Source of the DNA: Candidatus Saccharimonadota bacterium
GTDB taxonomy: Bacteria > Pseudomonadota > Gammaproteobacteria > Enterobacterales > Enterobacteriaceae
DNA length: 32,000 nt
NCBI RefSeq assembly: GCF_000090965.1
Contig: NC_008513.1
Coordinates: 270,001-302,000, forward strand
Reading direction: 5' to 3'
This document shows positions 28,730-32,000 of the stretch, piece by piece; the stretch's first letter is position 1, and each line of letters starts with the position of its first letter. Under the pieces are notes generated by a model. It had not been told where the DNA came from, searched no databases, and saw nothing but the letters and a program-made list of their open reading frames with translations. The position numbers were made by a program, and so were the translations under genes.

Positions 28730-30544
28730 ATGAAAAAAATAATAGCTCATGTTGATCATGGAAAAACAACATTATTAGATCAGTTACTAAAACAATCGGG
28801 TACATTTAAAAAACATGAAGAAAAAATAGATAGAATTATGGATTCAAATGAATTAGAAAAAGAAAGAGGAATTACAATATTATCTAAACATACATCAATA
28901 ATATGGAAAAATTATCAAATCAATATTATTGATACTCCTGGACACGCTGATTTTGGAGGAGAAGTAGAAAGAATATTATCTATGGTAGATTCTGTTTTAT
29001 TAGTAGTAGATGCCTATGAAGGACCAATGCCACAAACAAGATATGTAACAAAAAAATCTTTTTTATATAAAATTAAACCAATTCTAGTAATTAATAAAAT
29101 GGATAGAAATCCTATAAGAACAGATTGGGTAATAAATAAAGTATTTGATTTATTTGTAAATTTATCCGCAAGTGATGAACAATTAGATTTTCCAATAATA
29201 TATACATCAGCTTTATTAGGAACTTCAGGGGAAGATCCTAATAATATGCAGAAAAATATGATTCCTTTATTAAATGCAATTATTAAATTTACTCCTGAAC
29301 CTAAAAAATCAAAAAATAATTTTTTTCAAATGCAAATATCACAATTAGATTTTAATAATTATTTTGGTATGATTGGAATAGGAAAAATACAACAAGGAAA
29401 ATTAAAAAAAAATCAAGTTGTTTCAGTTCTTAGAGATAAAAAAAAGATTTATACAGGAAAGATAAATAGTATCTTAAAATTTTATGGATTAGAACAAAAA
29501 AAAACAGAAACAGCATCAGCGGGAGATATTATAGCAATTACAGGTTTAAATAACATATCAATTTCAGACACTATTTGCGATCCTGAATTTTTGTGTTCTT
29601 TACCAAAATTAAAAATTGATAAACCTACAGTAAATATGTTTTTTTGTGTAAATCAATCACCTTTTTGTGGAAAGGAAGGAAAAAATATAACATCACGGCA
29701 AATATTGGAACGATTAAAAAAAGAAACAGTAAGAAATATTTCTTTAAAAGTAAAAGAAACAAAAAATTCTAATGTATTTTCTGTTTCTGGTAGAGGAGAA
29801 TTACATTTATCGATTTTATTAGAGCAATTACGAAGAGAAAATTTTGAATTAGAAGTTTCAAAACCAAAAGTAATTTTAAAAAAAAAAGATAATGTATTAA
29901 CTGAACCATTCGAAATAGCAATACTTGATATTAAAAAAAATCATCAAGGACAAATAATAAAAAAAATAGGAGAGTTAAGAGGAGAAATAAAAGAATTAAC
30001 AAATCAAGAAAATGATAGAATTCAAATAGAATGTATATTATCTAGTAGATCATTAATTGGATTTAGATCTGAATTTATGAATATTACTTCTGGTAGTGGT
30101 ACTTTTTTTTCTTCTATTAGTCATTATGGTCCTATACAAAAAAAGCAATTCGGGCAAAGAAAAAATGGAGTATTAATTTCAAAAAATACTGGCATAGCTG
30201 TATCTTTTTCAATTAATAATTTACAAAATAGAGGAAAAATGTTTATCTCTCATGGAGAAAAAGTTTATGAAGGACAAATTATTGGAATACATAATAGATC
30301 TAATGATCTAACGGTAAACTGCTTAACTGGAAAAAAGTTAACTAACATGCGTGCTTCAGGTACTGATGAAGCAATACATTTAGTTAAACCAATTAAAATT
30401 ACATTAGAATATGCATTAAATTTTGTTAATGATGACGAATTAATTGAAATAACACCCAATTCAATACGATTTAGAAAATTATATTTAAAAGAAAGTGATA
30501 GAAAAAAAGCAAAAAAAGAAAAAAAAATATACTACTATAATTAA
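28730..30544 (+). CDS. typA: Translational GTPase TypA/BipA
   Basis: [84 protein letters not shown] and [24 protein letters not shown] are colinear with E. coli BipA. I place the start at the ATG at 28730. The ORF track uses an upstream TTG at 28700, which adds 10 unconserved residues. The start remains uncertain. Confidence 0.93.
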   Translation: MKKIIAHVDHGKTTLLDQLLKQSGTFKKHEEKIDRIMDSNELEKERGITILSKHTSIIWKNYQINIIDTPGHADFGGEVERILSMVDSVLLVVDAYEGPMPQTRYVTKKSFLYKIKPILVINKMDRNPIRTDWVINKVFDLFVNLSASDEQLDFPIIYTSALLGTSGEDPNNMQKNMIPLLNAIIKFTPEPKKSKNNFFQMQISQLDFNNYFGMIGIGKIQQGKLKKNQVVSVLRDKKKIYTGKINSILKFYGLEQKKTETASAGDIIAITGLNNISISDTICDPEFLCSLPKLKIDKPTVNMFFCVNQSPFCGKEGKNITSRQILERLKKETVRNISLKVKETKNSNVFSVSGRGELHLSILLEQLRRENFELEVSKPKVILKKKDNVLTEPFEIAILDIKKNHQGQIIKKIGELRGEIKELTNQENDRIQIECILSSRSLIGFRSEFMNITSGSGTFFSSISHYGPIQKKQFGQRKNGVLISKNTGIAVSFSINNLQNRGKMFISHGEKVYEGQIIGIHNRSNDLTVNCLTGKKLTNMRASGTDEAIHLVKPIKITLEYALNFVNDDELIEITPNSIRFRKLYLKESDRKKAKKEKKIYYYN

Positions 30545-30565
30545 AAAAAATTAAAATAATTTATA

Positions 30566-30602
30566 AAAGAGAATCTTTATATACAAATAAAAGATTCTTT
30601 TT
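30566..30602. terminator. Bidirectional hairpin between convergent typA and ygfZ
   Basis: AAAGAGAATCTTT (30566..30578) pairs with AAAGATTCTTTTT (30590..30602). That is 13 bp including one G-T, with an 11-nt loop. The A and T runs are part of the stem ends on both strands. It lies 22 nt after the typA stop and 49 nt after the ygfZ stop. Confidence 0.55.
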
Positions 30603-30650
30603 CATAATTTAAGCATATTAATAAAATTTTTATAAAAATATTTTTATATT

Positions 30651-31625
30651 TTATATAATATATATTTTATAAAAATTTTCTTTGTTTGATGATAAATAAA
30701 AATTATTTTTTTTATTAAAAAATTTTTCTTTCATACGTACTTGTAATAAAATTTTATTTTTATAAACTTTTACCCAAGATAATATTATTCCAGAAATATA
30801 TTTATTTCCTTCTTTATCTTTATATTTAACATTTTCATTATTAATAGGAATAGTATTACCAATTCTTCCTATTAATGCACATATAATAAATTTGTTAATT
30901 TTTTTGTTTTCATATTTACATAACATTTCTTGTCCATAATAACACCCTTTTGTAAAACTAATTGCATTCCATTTTTTTAAATCTAATGTTTGTAATATAA
31001 ATCTACCAGATATTGTTTTATTGACTATAGGAAAACTAGATTCAATATCTAAAGATATCCACTGTTTATTATTACTAAATAATATTTTTTTTTTATTATC
31101 ATTTAAAAAATTATGTAACATATTTCCTTTTGTTAAGATTAAAAATCTTTTCACTGGATAATTAATTTTTAGAAAAATAATATTTTTAATTTTTGTAACC
31201 ATATTTTTTTTTTTAAAATGTATAAAAAAAAAATTTTTCAATAAATAATAAGAATTAGATCCACATAATCCAAATAAATGAAATTTTTTTTCTTTAAAAA
31301 TTTTTATTTTATAAAATAAAGAATATTTTTTTAATTCTATTAAATGTTTATCGCATACTGAATTATTAATAATATAAAAAAAAGAATCTTTATATTTAAA
31401 TATAAAAAAAATAGCTAAAACTTTTCCATTAATATTACAATGCGCGCCTATTTTATATTTATTTTTATTAATTGTATTTATATTTATTGTAAATTGATTA
31501 TTTAAATAATTTCTTTTGTCTTTTCCTTTTACTCGTATAATAGACCATTGATCTAATTCTATAAAAGTACTAGATAAATTTTTACTTAAATAAATTTTAT
31601 TATTATTTAAAACATTATTTTTCAT
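30651..31625 (-). CDS. ygfZ: Folate-binding tRNA-modification / Fe-S cluster repair protein YgfZ
   Basis: The product is 324 aa versus 326 aa in E. coli. [25 protein letters not shown] matches E. coli [36 protein letters not shown] matches KKYAVFSKVTI, and [14 protein letters not shown] matches QWLALNIEAGFPVI. Confidence 0.88.
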   Translation of the reverse strand: [324 protein letters not shown]

Positions 31626-31664
31626 ATAAAATTAACCTATTTAATAAAAATCTAAAAAAATTTT

Positions 31665-31730
31665 ATAATATATTTATATTATAAATATATTTATATTATA
31701 TAATAATATTTTATAAAATATATTTATATA
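31665..31730. repeat. Three copies of ATA(A)nTATATTTATAT in the ygfZ-prfB divergent spacer
   Basis: The 13-mer AATATATTTATAT occurs at 31667..31679, 31684..31696 and 31717..31729. Each copy is preceded by ATA plus a growing A run (ATAA-, ATAAA-, ATAAAA-). The first two copies are tandem. Confidence 0.6.
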
Positions 31731-31780
31731 AAATTTTATCTTATATAAAATAAATATATATAATTAAAAATGAGAACAAA

Positions 31781-32000
31781 ATGTTAGAAATTTCTATATT
31801 AAAGAAAAAAATAAAAAAATTAAAAGATAAAATAACAATATTAAAGAGGAATCTTTGACTATTTTTATATAAAAAAAAAAATAAAATTAATAAATTTTAA
31901 AATAAAAAAACTTTTTAAAAAAAAAAAATTTAAAAAAATATCATCTTTATATAAAAAAAAAAACAATTTTTTAAAAAAAATTAATATATTTAAAAAATTC
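31781..32000 (+). CDS. prfB: Peptide chain release factor 2, 5' part, with programmed +1 frameshift (continues beyond the window end)
   Basis: Frame 0 reads MLEISILKKKIKKLKDKITILKRNL then TGA at codon 26, the same position as in E. coli prfB ([28 protein letters not shown]). The +1 frame from 31857 reads DYFYIKKKIKLINFKIKKLFKKKKFKKISSLYKKKNNFLKKINIFKKF and is open to the window end (E. coli DYDAKKERLEEV...). It is absent from the ORF track. Confidence 0.88.
31845..31859 (+). promoter_or_regulatory. RF2 autoregulatory +1 frameshift signal (internal SD-like AGAGG, 3-nt spacer, CTT TGA C)
   Basis: The sequence is AGAGGAATCTTTGAC. The slippery CTT, in-frame TGA and following C are identical to the E. 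coli site AGGGGGTATCTTTGAC. The spacing between the purine-rich SD-like element and CTT is the same 3 nt. Confidence 0.85.

Noticed and set aside
30265-30459. 64-aa ORF on the - strand
   Set aside because: It is antisense inside the most conserved C-terminal part of typA.
1-32000. Search for a novel multi-gene system (defence island, toxin-antitoxin, secretion, CRISPR, prophage, IS elements)
   Set aside because: Every ORF longer than about 80 aa is a recognisable housekeeping orthologue in E. coli/Buchnera-type synteny. The only long non-coding stretch is explained as a tldD fossil. I saw no repeat-spacer arrays, no terminal inverted repeats flanking an ORF, and no integrase or transposase-like translation. 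Claiming a new system would be unsupported.

Overview
This window looks like core chromosome from an extremely A+T-rich, highly reduced gammaproteobacterial endosymbiont. Spacers are almost free of G and C, and proteins are rich in Lys, Asn and Ile. Gene content and order match the Buchnera aphidicola type: nusA / leuU-secG / ftsH-rlmE / greA / ibaG / rplU-rpmA-obgE / rpsI-rplM / pheA / ffh / rpsP-rimM-trmD-rplS / aroQ / fis / rluD / alaS-csrA / tRNAs / zapA / rpiA / metT-leuW-glnU tRNAs / glnS / eno / polA / engB / typA / ygfZ / prfB. I cannot name the strain from sequence alone. I support 31 intact-looking protein genes (nusA and prfB run off the window ends), two decayed or frameshifted genes, 6 tRNAs, several hairpin terminators and a few weak promoter candidates. 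Three genes are absent from the supplied ORF track and were found by reading the sequence: nusA, csrA and prfB. I see no mobile element, CRISPR array, defence or toxin island, prophage remnant or unexplained multi-gene cluster, so I do not claim a novel system. The items worth a second look all concern genome erosion and recoding. (1) The 1.6 kb ORF-free stretch is a nearly full-length, colinear fossil of tldD. (2) rluD is split only by a poly(A) tract one base short (A10), a candidate for transcriptional-slippage rescue. (3) prfB keeps the programmed +1 frameshift site. (4) polA keeps its 5'-nuclease and polymerase motifs but has lost the 3'-5' exonuclease carboxylates and is full of A13-A14 runs. 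(5) pheA lacks the GALV and ESRP feedback motifs and has no room for a leader peptide. (6) uS9 has a 10-codon in-frame deletion in a normally invariant segment. All homology statements compare my own translations with E. coli sequences recalled from memory. No database search was run.
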